Shown piece after piece: positions 1-8,615 of a DNA stretch of 64,000 nt. Every line of letters begins with the position of its first letter. Position 1 is the stretch's first letter. The notes below the pieces were generated by a model. The model worked only from the letters and a program-made list of their open reading frames with translations, ran no database searches and had not been told where the DNA came from. This DNA is from an uncultured Gammaproteobacteria bacterium (lineage in GTDB: Bacteria; Patescibacteriota; Microgenomatia; 2-02-FULL-39-11). The stretch is from positions 3,468-67,467 of the forward strand of contig CAZJBV010000002.1 of assembly GCA_964544585.1 (NCBI GenBank), written 5' to 3'. The position numbers and the translations under genes were made by a program.

Positions 1-880
1 CTCCTTTCAGGTGAAGGAATCGGGAAATCCTACAATGGTGAGTTTATTTCTCTACTCTTTAGGCCTTTTGACAAACGAATTAGTCATTACTCTCCCGGCT
101 ATCCTCTTTGCCTACGAATTAATCTTAGGTAGTAAAAATCTCAAAAAGGCAGTCCCATTCGGTCTACTCTCTCTTTTCTATCTAGGCCTTCGTTTTTTCC
201 TCTTTGCACCACCTACAAAGGGCGATTATATTCAGTCAATAGGCATTAATATAATTCATAATGCCAAAGCTTATTTTCTTTGGTCATTTAATCTCCCCGA
301 CGAAATCAAAGCCCAATTTTTAAATTTCTTTCAAATAAACCCTCAATTTATAAAAGATTTTCCCTCTTTTACCACCATCCTTTTAGTTACCTTTTTTATT
401 AACCTCATAATTTATCTTCTGGGAGCCTACAAAAATCCCAAAATATTCTTCTTTGGTTTCTCCTGGTTTTTACTAGGACTTACTCCCGTTATTTTTTTCC
501 CAAAACACAGCTTTTCTTATTATCTTGAGATATCTCTCATCGGACTTCTTTTGCCTTACGCCCTTTTTATCAGCCGTTTTAGCCTCCTAAATTTTTCCCT
601 ACTTTCCCTTTTCCTCCTTACTTGGGTTATCTCTTCTTTTAATACCATCAAATTCAACGAACTAATTCATTGGGCTCCCCAAAGAGCGGCAAACAGCCTC
701 CGACTAATCACAGAAATTAAAAAAAAATATCCAAATGAAAAAAGTACTGTGTATGTCCTCAATACTCCCGAAAACCGTTATTCCCTAAATGGAGAAGAGG
801 CAGTCAAAGTTTTTTTTAAAAACCCTAAAATAAGAACCATCTATACCCAAGAAGCGCCAGGAAAACATCTAATAAGATGA
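1..880 (+). CDS. 5'-truncated CDS (reading frame enters from upstream of window); C-terminal part of a polytopic membrane protein, GT-C-like; first 25 nt are the right arm of a palindromic element read in-frame (..SFQVKESGN..)
   Basis: Open frame from nt 2 with no stop. The first nt match 'gactcctttcaggtgaaggaat' of the elements at 13649 and 14923, in the same frame. Downstream sequence is hydrophobic and TM-rich. Confidence 0.5.
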   Translation, partial: SFQVKESGNPTMVSLFLYSLGLLTNELVITLPAILFAYELILGSKNLKKAVPFGLLSLFYLGLRFFLFAPPTKGDYIQSIGINIIHNAKAYFLWSFNLPDEIKAQFLNFFQINPQFIKDFPSFTTILLVTFFINLIIYLLGAYKNPKIFFFGFSWFLLGLTPVIFFPKHSFSYYLEISLIGLLLPYALFISRFSLLNFSLLSLFLLTWVISSFNTIKFNELIHWAPQRAANSLRLITEIKKKYPNEKSTVYVLNTPENRYSLNGEEAVKVFFKNPKIRTIYTQEAPGKHLIR

Positions 881-900
881 AATTTTAGTATAATTGGAAT

Positions 901-2364
901 GTGGATGAAACCTATATTCAAGACGTAAAGAAAAAATCAATCATTGGTGTAGCTACCCTCATTGCTCGTACCTTCTTTCTCCAAATTGTTTCTCTCATTG
1001 CCATGTTTATTCTAACCATTCTTCTCTCTCCTAGTGTTTTTGGCATTTATTATATAGTCCTTGCTATTATTAACATTCTCAACTATTTTGCCGATATAGG
1101 ATTGGCATCGGCCCTCATTCAGAAAAAAGATGAACCCGGCTCCGAGGATTATAAAACTACATTTACCATCCAGCAACTTCTCGTTTCAGTCTCTGTCTTA
1201 ATTTTTCTTCTACTCTCCGAGAGTATCGGCAGCTTTTTCAATTTGACCAATGAAGGCATATTTCTCTTACGAGCTCTTCTTATTTCCTTTTTTCTTTCTT
1301 CATTAAAGACTATTCCCTCCGTCATTCTTGAAAGAAAGCTGGAATTTGGCAGAAAAGTAGTCCCCCAGATTCTGGAGGTACTTTCCTTCAATATCGTCAC
1401 CGTCTTTTTGGCCTGGAGAGGATTTGGGCTTACAAGCTTTGCATATGCAGCCCTGGTGCGCGGAGTAGTGGGCGTTGTGGCAATTTATATCCTGTCTCCC
1501 TGGAAATTGGGTTTTGGCATAAGTAGATCCTCAGCAAGGAGTCTTCTCTCATTTGGTATACCCCTCCAGGCAGGCGCAATCTTAGCCCTCGTCAAAGACG
1601 ATTTACTTACAATATACTTAGGTAAAGTCATCCCTATAAAAGCCGAAATTGGCTATATTGGTTGGGCAAAAAGATGGTCGGAGGTGCCCTTGAGACAATT
1701 TATGGACAATATCATCGCCGTCTCTTTTCCCGTATATTCTCGCATACAACACAACAAGGAAGTCCTAAGAAAAGCCCTTGAAAAAACAACTTTTTTTACC
1801 GCACTTTTTATATTTCCGGGAGTTGTGGCCATGGTAATTCTAATAAAACCCGTTGCCCTAGTAATCCCCGGATATTTTTCCAAATGGCAGTTTGCCTTTT
1901 TTTCCTTTTATTTACTCTCTGTTAATGCCATTTTAGCCTCTCTCTCAAGCCCACTGGTCCAGGCTCTAAATGCTTTGGGTAAAGTAAAGACAACTTTTAT
2001 TTTAATGCTAGTCTGGACCTTTCTTACCTGGGCGATTATCCCGATTCTAGTCTCCCGTTTAGGCTTCAATGGTTTTGCCATCGGCTCATTTATCATTTCC
2101 CTGACTGCCTTTTTACCCATTTTTCTTATTAGAAGATACACTCCCTACTCACCTATTAAACCACTCTTAAAACCCACCATCGGGACGATCATAATGGCCC
2201 TCTCAATGTCTATTCCACTTGCAACGATCGGTTCCTCCCTTTTTGGAGTCATTCTCGCAATCATATCTGGTGTAACGCTTTATAGCCTCTTTATCTACAA
2301 AACCTCCAAAGCCGAAGTCGCCCCCCTCTTTTTGCAACTTATAAAAACTATTAAAATGAGGTAA
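901..2364 (+). CDS. Polysaccharide biosynthesis protein, Wzx/MOP-superfamily oligosaccharide flippase-like (about 12 TM, 487 aa)
   Basis: Length, uniformly hydrophobic multi-helix profile, and glycan-cluster context. GTG start at 901 is the first start after the in-frame stop at 886. Confidence 0.55.
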   Translation: MDETYIQDVKKKSIIGVATLIARTFFLQIVSLIAMFILTILLSPSVFGIYYIVLAIINILNYFADIGLASALIQKKDEPGSEDYKTTFTIQQLLVSVSVLIFLLLSESIGSFFNLTNEGIFLLRALLISFFLSSLKTIPSVILERKLEFGRKVVPQILEVLSFNIVTVFLAWRGFGLTSFAYAALVRGVVGVVAIYILSPWKLGFGISRSSARSLLSFGIPLQAGAILALVKDDLLTIYLGKVIPIKAEIGYIGWAKRWSEVPLRQFMDNIIAVSFPVYSRIQHNKEVLRKALEKTTFFTALFIFPGVVAMVILIKPVALVIPGYFSKWQFAFFSFYLLSVNAILASLSSPLVQALNALGKVKTTFILMLVWTFLTWAIIPILVSRLGFNGFAIGSFIISLTAFLPIFLIRRYTPYSPIKPLLKPTIGTIIMALSMSIPLATIGSSLFGVILAIISGVTLYSLFIYKTSKAEVAPLFLQLIKTIKMR

Positions 2365-2384
2365 TTAGTTTTTACCAATATTAT

Positions 2385-2552
2385 GAAGGAGAAATTTCTG
2401 TTACAACAGGCAAGTTAATGGATGGAAAATTGCCACCACGAGCTATGAAGTTAGTTAAGGAATGGATGCAAAACCATAAAGAAGAATTAGCAGAAAATTG
2501 GAGGTTAGCAGAAGAACATAAGAAGTTAAAGAAAATTGACCCTTTGAAATAA
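2385..2552 (+). pseudogene. DUF4160 family remnant lacking the N-terminal about 25-30 aa (no PPHFH box, no start codon)
   Basis: Translation ..YYEGEISVTTGKLMDGKLPPRAMKLVKEWMQNHKEELAENWRLAEEHKKLKKIDPLK* matches the C-terminal two-thirds of DUF4160 proteins (..LEGSLPRRAL.LV.EWA..H..EL.ENW.LA......I.PL). Upstream in frame is a stop inside the flippase 3' end. Confidence 0.6.
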
Positions 2553-2554
2553 GT

Positions 2555-2800
2555 ATGACGCCTAAAATAAAAGAAATACAATACAAGGAAAAATATACTT
2601 ACTATATACGTTTCGATAATAATCGCGAAGGAAGTGTGAACTTTCAATCTTTTCTTTGGGGTGAGGTCTTTGAACCATTAAAGGATGAAAAATTTTTCCG
2701 AAAGGCATATGTTGATCAAACATCAGGTACTATAACTTGGCCAAATGGTGTCGATATAGCCGCTGAAACACTATATCAAAAAATTCTCTCAAATAACTAA
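2555..2800 (+). CDS. DUF2442 domain protein (usual partner of DUF4160)
   Basis: 81 aa. The ..YYIRFDNNREGSVNF.....FEPLKDEKFF....VDQTSGTITWPNGVDIAAETLY pattern is typical of DUF2442. It starts 3 nt after the DUF4160 remnant. Confidence 0.7.
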   Translation: MTPKIKEIQYKEKYTYYIRFDNNREGSVNFQSFLWGEVFEPLKDEKFFRKAYVDQTSGTITWPNGVDIAAETLYQKILSNN

Positions 2801-2930
2801 CCATTCCACCCAGTTCCCATATAGTTTTTCGTCTAGATGTCCTACTACGAATATTTTTACGAAGTAAGATAAATATAAAAAATATATATTTTTTGTTATT
2901 TTCAATAAATTAGATAAAATATGACGATCA

Positions 2931-3224
2931 ATGCATATGAATAACTGTGAATCTGATGCAAGAACTATATACTGTAACGGTGGAAGTGCCCCAAACCGCT
3001 GTGCCGCTTGGAATCTAGCTAGATGGCAAAAGATGAGAAGACAAGAAATTGCTGCAAATGGAGGAGAATTTATTGATATAGATCGACCAAGTTACCGTCC
3101 CGTTGGATGTAAACTTGGATTAAAACCAAATCCAACATGTAGTGCTATGACTAAACCTCTTGATGTGACTATATATTATCTTCCAGCCGAAACCACACAA
3201 AATACAAACCCACAAAATCCTTAG
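2931..3224 (+). CDS. Hypothetical small Cys-rich protein (97 aa)
   Basis: ORF preceded by a 110-bp AT-rich tract (2820-2930). No recognisable family. Confidence 0.3.
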   Translation: MHMNNCESDARTIYCNGGSAPNRCAAWNLARWQKMRRQEIAANGGEFIDIDRPSYRPVGCKLGLKPNPTCSAMTKPLDVTIYYLPAETTQNTNPQNP

Positions 3225-3263
3225 ACACTTACATCATTTTTGCTATAATCATGCTGACAGATC

Positions 3264-3602
3264 ATGCAATTTTTGGTGATTGGAAAAGACGGAAAGGATA
3301 AAAAAGCTAAGCAGCGAAGAATAGCAGCAAGACAAGCGCATCTTGCTCTTGGCGACAAGATGGAGGAGGAAGGTACCAGGTGGTACGGAGCTGTCCTAAT
3401 GGATGAAAAAAACAACATGATTGGTTCTATGGCAGTCATGGATTTTCCCTCAGAAGAAAAACTTCAAGAATGGCTGAAAAAAGAACCATATGTAACAGGA
3501 AAAGTATGGAAAACAGTAGAAGTAATAAAATGCAACGTCAAAAATCCTTGGAAATTTAATAGGCCACAATCGTTCTTTGAATCGAGGAAAAATGATAAAT
3601 GA
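3264..3602 (+). CDS. YciI-like family protein (dimeric alpha/beta barrel)
   Basis: MQFLVIGKDGKD...RRIAARQAHLALGDKMEEEG...YGAVLMDE...MIGSMAVMDFPSEE.LQEWLKKEPYV.GKVW..VEV fits the YciI-like signature. Confidence 0.7.
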   Translation: MQFLVIGKDGKDKKAKQRRIAARQAHLALGDKMEEEGTRWYGAVLMDEKNNMIGSMAVMDFPSEEKLQEWLKKEPYVTGKVWKTVEVIKCNVKNPWKFNRPQSFFESRKNDK

Positions 3603-3663
3603 TTCAAATCATTTATACATGCAAGACATTGAAAGTTGCCAAAGCATTAGATAGTATCAAACT

Positions 3664-4050
3664 ATGAAAACTATAAAACAAATCTACACAATAAATGCCT
3701 CACCCGAGAAAGTTTGGAACGCACTCGTGGATCCCAAAACGATTAATGAGTGGGGCGGGGGACCGGCCAATATGGACGAAAAGCTAGGCACAAAATTTAC
3801 TCTCTGGAGAGGAGATATCCATGGAAAAAACATAGAGGTTGTCCAAAACAAAAAAATCGTTCAAGAATGGTTTGGTGGAGACTGGGAGAAACCTTCAAAA
3901 GTGACCTTTACACTGACAAAAAAAGGTGAAACCACAGAACTAAGTCTACTTCACGAAGATATCCCGGATAACAGCGCAAAAGATATAGACGACGGCTGGA
4001 AAACTTACTACCTGGGTCCCCTCAAAGCATTATTAGAACATTATGAATAA
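3664..4050 (+). CDS. SRPBCC superfamily protein (AHSA1/Activator of Hsp90 ATPase homolog 1-like domain)
   Basis: ..I.ASPEKVWNALVDPK.I.EWGGGPA......G.KF.LWRGDIHGKN.EVV.NKKIVQEW..GDW..PS.VTF.L..KG..T.L.L.H..IPDN... is the typical AHSA1-domain profile. Confidence 0.75.
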   Translation: MKTIKQIYTINASPEKVWNALVDPKTINEWGGGPANMDEKLGTKFTLWRGDIHGKNIEVVQNKKIVQEWFGGDWEKPSKVTFTLTKKGETTELSLLHEDIPDNSAKDIDDGWKTYYLGPLKALLEHYE

Positions 4051-4076
4051 ACGAACTAACACTAGACCACCAGAAT

Positions 4077-4433
4077 ATGTGGGTATTTTTTTTCAAAACG
4101 CCAATGGGCGGAGGAATACGTCCAACTGTGGATGATATAGAAAATACTTATTTAAAAAGGGGGCGCACTTACTTGGAGTTATATTTAAAATCTCCATTGC
4201 CACCATCACAAAAAAAGAGGTGGGTTGAAATCGGGCTTCCGAGTATTAGCGAAGGAATAGGCTTAGCCGAAGTATTTGAACTACATCCAAATGAGAATTT
4301 ACTTAAAGAATGTAAAGACCTTATGGAAAATGAAAAATTAAGGCCAATTATTGATGAAATCCGCGCAGAAGAAAGACGTAGACAGGAAGAAGAAAGAGAT
4401 AGAATTGGCTTTAGAGGCTTATCTCGCAAATAA
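4077..4433 (+). CDS. Hypothetical protein with charged ER-rich C-terminus
   Basis: ORF only. Start uncertain (alternative Met at 4104). Confidence 0.25.
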   Translation: MWVFFFKTPMGGGIRPTVDDIENTYLKRGRTYLELYLKSPLPPSQKKRWVEIGLPSISEGIGLAEVFELHPNENLLKECKDLMENEKLRPIIDEIRAEERRRQEEERDRIGFRGLSRK

Positions 4434-4500
4434 TAGTCGCCTTGTTATTCAGACGTAAAAAGACTATACTCATTGTCCTATAAATTAAATAAATAAAACT

Positions 4501-4968
4501 ATGGGAGATTTCAATCCAAATTTCCGATCAGGAGGAGGAAGAAGTGGCGGCTTCCGAGGAAGAAATTTAGGTGGACGTGGTTTTGAGCGAAGAGAAGAAG
4601 GACCTCGAATGATGCACAAAGCCGTATGTGCCAATTGCGGAAGGGTTTGCGAAGTCCCATTTCGTCCTAGTGGTGACCGGCCAGTTTACTGCAGTGATTG
4701 CTTCGAAAAGAGAAGTAACGAGGGGGCAAGATTCCAGTTTCAAGACAGACGATGGGGAGAGCGACCAGGTGGCGATAGAGGAGGCGGGCAGAGAAGTAAT
4801 ACCCAACTCACACAAGAGCTACGTAACCTCAATGCCAAACTGGACAGAATTCTTAGAGTATTAGAACCCCAAACTCCAAAAGGACCGGAATCTATAATTA
4901 CAGAGCCCAAAGCCAAAAAACCAAAAGACACAAAGAAAAAAACCACAGAAGAAAAGACCAAAGAGTAA
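4501..4968 (+). CDS. CxxC-x17-CxxC zinc-ribbon domain protein with RGG-rich N-terminus and Lys-rich tail
   Basis: CANCGRVCEVPFRPSGDRPVYCSDCF is the exact CxxC-x17-CxxC spacing (TIGR04272-like). The low-complexity RGG/K-rich flanks are typical of this family. Confidence 0.7.
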   Translation: MGDFNPNFRSGGGRSGGFRGRNLGGRGFERREEGPRMMHKAVCANCGRVCEVPFRPSGDRPVYCSDCFEKRSNEGARFQFQDRRWGERPGGDRGGGQRSNTQLTQELRNLNAKLDRILRVLEPQTPKGPESIITEPKAKKPKDTKKKTTEEKTKE

Positions 4969-5015
4969 ATCAGCCTCAAAAACAAGTTTTTCTCGCAAAG
5001 TGCTACAATAGAGGT

Positions 5016-5915
5016 ATGATTTCAGCCGTCATCAATACCTACAACGAGGAAAAGAATATCGAGCGCTGCCTCTCGTCTTTATCTTCTTGGGTTTCGGAGA
5101 TCATAATCGTTGATATGGGCTCAAAAGATAAGACGCTAGATTTAGCTAGGCATTTCAAAACAAAAATATACACCCATCCTCACACTGGTTTCGTCGAACC
5201 AGCCAGAAACTTTGCACTCACCAAGGCTCAAGGCGACTGGATCCTCCTAATTGACGCAGACGAAGAAATTCCTCATCTACTCTCGGAACTTCTTCTTTCT
5301 TATATGAAATCAACCATATCTTTCCTTCGCATTCCTAGAAAAAATATTATTTTTGGCCGTTGGATGCGTCACGCCCAGTGGTGGCCGGATTATCAAATCA
5401 GATTTTTTAAAAAAGGAGCCGTCTTTTGGAGCGACAAAATCCATAGCATCCCCCTCACACGCGGAGAGGGGATAGACATAGAAGCAAAAGAAGAATATGC
5501 CATCGTTCACCACAACTATCAGACAATCGAACAGTTTTTAGATAGACTCAATAGGTATACTACCATCCAAGCAAAAGAAATGTATCTCGAAGGAAAAAAA
5601 TTTTCCTGGAAGGATCTTCTCCACGAAGGTACCCGTGAATTCGTCAGTCGTTTTTTTGCCAACGAAGGATATAAAGACGGCGTTCATGGTTTGGTTGCAT
5701 CGCTGTTGCAAAGCTATTCCATCAGCGTGATCTATGCCAAACTCTGGGAACTGGAAGGATTTAACGAAGGCAGAATCGATCTGGACGAATTCAAAGCCGA
5801 AGAGACTGCTCGATCAAAAGAAGAAACTTATTGGATTTTGGAAAAACAATTGGAAAAAGAACCCCCTCTTATCTCAAAGCTAAAACTTAAACTAGAAAAA
5901 AGGCTCCAGACATAG
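5016..5915 (+). CDS. Family 2 glycosyltransferase (GT2); paralog of 6829 and 33393
   Basis: The ..VINTYNEEKNIERCL.S...V.EIIIVDMGSKDKT.. N-terminal GT-A motif and LLIDADEEI (DxD). Confidence 0.8.
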   Translation: MISAVINTYNEEKNIERCLSSLSSWVSEIIIVDMGSKDKTLDLARHFKTKIYTHPHTGFVEPARNFALTKAQGDWILLIDADEEIPHLLSELLLSYMKSTISFLRIPRKNIIFGRWMRHAQWWPDYQIRFFKKGAVFWSDKIHSIPLTRGEGIDIEAKEEYAIVHHNYQTIEQFLDRLNRYTTIQAKEMYLEGKKFSWKDLLHEGTREFVSRFFANEGYKDGVHGLVASLLQSYSISVIYAKLWELEGFNEGRIDLDEFKAEETARSKEETYWILEKQLEKEPPLISKLKLKLEKRLQT

Positions 5916-5920
5916 ACTCA

Positions 5921-6829
5921 ATGGTAAATTTAGGTATTATTATAGTCCACTATAAAAGTCCGGATATCACAGAGAAAGCCATTATTTCTCTAAATAAAGC
6001 AGATTTAAAGTCTTTGAACGCACAAATTATACTCATCAATAATTCCAAAGATAATCTCCCTTTTTTAAAAAGAATATCTACAATACCTTTAACTACAATC
6101 AACAACAGTCAAAATTTAGGATTTGCCGAAGGTTGCAATGTTGGCATCCGTACAGCCATGGAAAAAAAAGTTGATTACCTCCTCTTTTTAAATCCCGATA
6201 CTTTTGTTGCCCAAAATACACTTCAAGTGCTCATAGAATCATTTGACAAAGAAAGAGTTGGCCTAGTCTCACCCAAAATTTATTTTGCCAAAGGACACGA
6301 ATTTCACCACAAGAGATATACAAAAAAAGATTTAGGCAGAGTCATTTGGTATGCAGGGGGTACGATCGACTGGAAAAATGTCTACGCCCACCACAGGGGA
6401 GTAGACGATGTTGATAGAGGCCAATTCAACAATCGTATCGAAACCGACTACGTCACGGGATGCTGCATGATGGTACACCATAAAGTCTTTCAGGAAATTG
6501 GACTTCTTGATCCAAATTATTTCGTCTACTATGAAGACGTTGATTTATCAGTAAGAGCAAAAAAAAAGGGATTCAAAATAATGTACGAACCCAAAACCCA
6601 TATTTTTCATAAAAACGCTCTCTCATCAAATAAGCCTGGATCTGCCTTGCATGTCTACTTTCAGACCAGAAATCGCTATTATTTTGCCCTAAAATATGCT
6701 CCAACAAAGACTAAATTGCATATCCTCAAAGAAATCATTATAAAACTAATGTCCGACGACAGAAATATAAGACTTGCATCATTCGATATCATTCTCGGCA
6801 AAATGGGAAAAGGATCTTATATTTTATAA
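5921..6829 (+). CDS. Family 2 glycosyltransferase (GT2; rhamnosyltransferase/WbbL-like subfamily)
   Basis: IIIVHYKSPD.TEKAI.SL... and LFLNPDTF (DxD-like). Confidence 0.75.
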   Translation: MVNLGIIIVHYKSPDITEKAIISLNKADLKSLNAQIILINNSKDNLPFLKRISTIPLTTINNSQNLGFAEGCNVGIRTAMEKKVDYLLFLNPDTFVAQNTLQVLIESFDKERVGLVSPKIYFAKGHEFHHKRYTKKDLGRVIWYAGGTIDWKNVYAHHRGVDDVDRGQFNNRIETDYVTGCCMMVHHKVFQEIGLLDPNYFVYYEDVDLSVRAKKKGFKIMYEPKTHIFHKNALSSNKPGSALHVYFQTRNRYYFALKYAPTKTKLHILKEIIIKLMSDDRNIRLASFDIILGKMGKGSYIL

Positions 6830-7569
6830 TGAATCTTTCAGCAGTCGTCATTACATACAACGAGGAAAAAATGCTTCCAGGTTGCCTGAAATCTCTTACT
6901 TTTGCCGACGAGATTATCGTTGTAGACAGTGGTTCAAAAGATAAAACCATCGATATAGCCAAAAAATACAATGCCAAAATATTTGATTTTAAAGGAAAAA
7001 GTTTTTCCCAAAGACGAAATATGGGATTTAAAAAAGCTCTGGGAGAATGGATCCTTTATATTGACGCTGATGAACGAGTGACTGAAAAGTTAAAGGAAAG
7101 CATTTTAAAGGTAGTAAACTCATCAAATCAAATAAAAGCTTATAAAATCGATAGAATTAATTACTATCTTGGTAAACTCTGGCCTGGGAATGAAAAAATT
7201 CTCAGACTGTTTTATAAAAGAAATTTTATGAGTTGGGAGGGTCTTCTCCACGAATCTCCTACCTTCGAAGGTCAAGTCGGGCAGCTTGAGGGAGAATTAT
7301 TACATTACTCCCATAGAAGCCTGGAAGAGATGATAAATAAAACAAATGACTGGTCCGAAATTGAAGCCGATCTGCGTCTTGCTGCCAACCATCCACCTAT
7401 GAGTCAGTGGAGATTTTTCCGAGTCATGGTATCCACTTTTTTGGACTATTATTTCAATAAAGGTGGCATTAAAGCTGGAACAATCGGGATAATAGAAAGC
7501 ATCTACCAATCATTTAGTCAATTTATTACCTACGCCAAATTATGGGAAAAACAAAAAATAAAAAAATAG
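6829..7569 (+). CDS. Family 2 glycosyltransferase (GT2)
   Basis: LSAVVITYNEEKMLPGCLKSL.FADEIIVVDSGSKDKT and LYIDADERV. Confidence 0.8.
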   Translation: MNLSAVVITYNEEKMLPGCLKSLTFADEIIVVDSGSKDKTIDIAKKYNAKIFDFKGKSFSQRRNMGFKKALGEWILYIDADERVTEKLKESILKVVNSSNQIKAYKIDRINYYLGKLWPGNEKILRLFYKRNFMSWEGLLHESPTFEGQVGQLEGELLHYSHRSLEEMINKTNDWSEIEADLRLAANHPPMSQWRFFRVMVSTFLDYYFNKGGIKAGTIGIIESIYQSFSQFITYAKLWEKQKIKK

Positions 7570-8615
7570 GAATTTATTCCCCATACCTTGATATATCCGG
7601 GGGAGGCGAGCGCTATATTTTGTCAATCGCCGAATACTTAAGTCAGGAAAACGAAGTCTACCTTTTTTGGCCGGAATCGGATTCTCTAAAGAATTCAGCT
7701 AAGATTACATTGAATATTTCCCTAGATAGAATACATTTTGTATCCAATGAAATATTTAGTTCAAAAAATTTATTCAATACTTTAAAAAGTCTCTTTACTT
7801 TCGATATATTCTTCCATATGACTGATGGAAGTGTATTCTTGAGTCCCGCACGAAAAAATTTTCTTATAATCCAGTCTCCGGCACACTGTCCCGAAAAAAA
7901 CATTACCAATATTTTAAAGCTTCTTAAATGGCGCGTTCTCTGCTATTCAGATTTTGTAGCTGATATAATAAAAAAAAGACTTGGAACTTCTGCCATTGTT
8001 TTACCTCCACCAGTTGACGTAGAAAAAGAACCCGAATTAGCAAAAGAGAATAATATTCTAAGCGTAGGTAGATTCTTTACCGGTCTTCACAATAAAAAAC
8101 AGGACATTCTTTTAGAAGAGTTTATAGATGGTGCTAAAAGTGTCTATAAAGGCGTAACCCTTACTTTTGCTGGTGGTCTGACCGAAGAGTCGGGAAAAAC
8201 GTATCTCGAATCACTTAGGGAAAAAGCCAAAAATTTTTCAGTAGATTTTCAAGTCAACATGGCCTACAAAGATTTAATGACGCTTTATGAGAAAGCCAAA
8301 GTTTATTGGCATGCGGCCGGCTTTGGCGAAAACCTTGAACTCAACCCGGAAAGGGCAGAGCATTTTGGCATCACTACAGTCGAAGCCATGTGCCATGGTT
8401 GTCTTCCTATAGTTTTTAACGCAGGCGGCCAGAGAGAAATCATTCAAGACAAAGAAGATGGATATCTCTGGACCACTACAAGGGAGTTACGCGAAAAAAC
8501 CAATATTATTTTGACAAACGAGGAGAAAAGATTGATTATGGCACAGAAAGCTCGACAAAAGGCTAGAAATTATTCCAAAGTCTCATTTTATGAAAAACTT
8601 GATGCACTTCTTTAA
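7542..8615 (+). CDS. Family 4 glycosyltransferase (GT4, glycosyl transferase group 1)
   Basis: C-terminal E..G.T.VEAMCHGCLPIVFNAGGQREII motif (EX7E-like). Confidence 0.8.
   Translation: MGKTKNKKIGIYSPYLDISGGGERYILSIAEYLSQENEVYLFWPESDSLKNSAKITLNISLDRIHFVSNEIFSSKNLFNTLKSLFTFDIFFHMTDGSVFLSPARKNFLIIQSPAHCPEKNITNILKLLKWRVLCYSDFVADIIKKRLGTSAIVLPPPVDVEKEPELAKENNILSVGRFFTGLHNKKQDILLEEFIDGAKSVYKGVTLTFAGGLTEESGKTYLESLREKAKNFSVDFQVNMAYKDLMTLYEKAKVYWHAAGFGENLELNPERAEHFGITTVEAMCHGCLPIVFNAGGQREIIQDKEDGYLWTTTRELREKTNIILTNEEKRLIMAQKARQKARNYSKVSFYEKLDALL

Noticed and set aside
1149-2141. Three minus-strand ORFs (1149-1400, 1653-1883, 1908-2141) antisense to the flippase gene
   Set aside because: They lie entirely inside a long, well-supported + strand CDS, are short and have no motifs. 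They are typical shadow ORFs.
2820-2930. AT-rich 110-bp tract considered as an origin-like or integration site
   Set aside because: No DnaA-box-like or direct-repeat structure is visible. It is most simply the promoter region of the small Cys-rich ORF and the right boundary of the DUF4160/DUF2442 segment.
4169-4985. Several 60-90 aa ORFs on both strands overlapping 4077-4968 (4169-4429 minus, 4567-4815 minus, 4628-4864 plus, 4740-4985 minus)
   Set aside because: They overlap the motif-supported CxxC-x17-CxxC gene or the 4077 ORF in other frames. None shows a recognisable domain. They are probably spurious.
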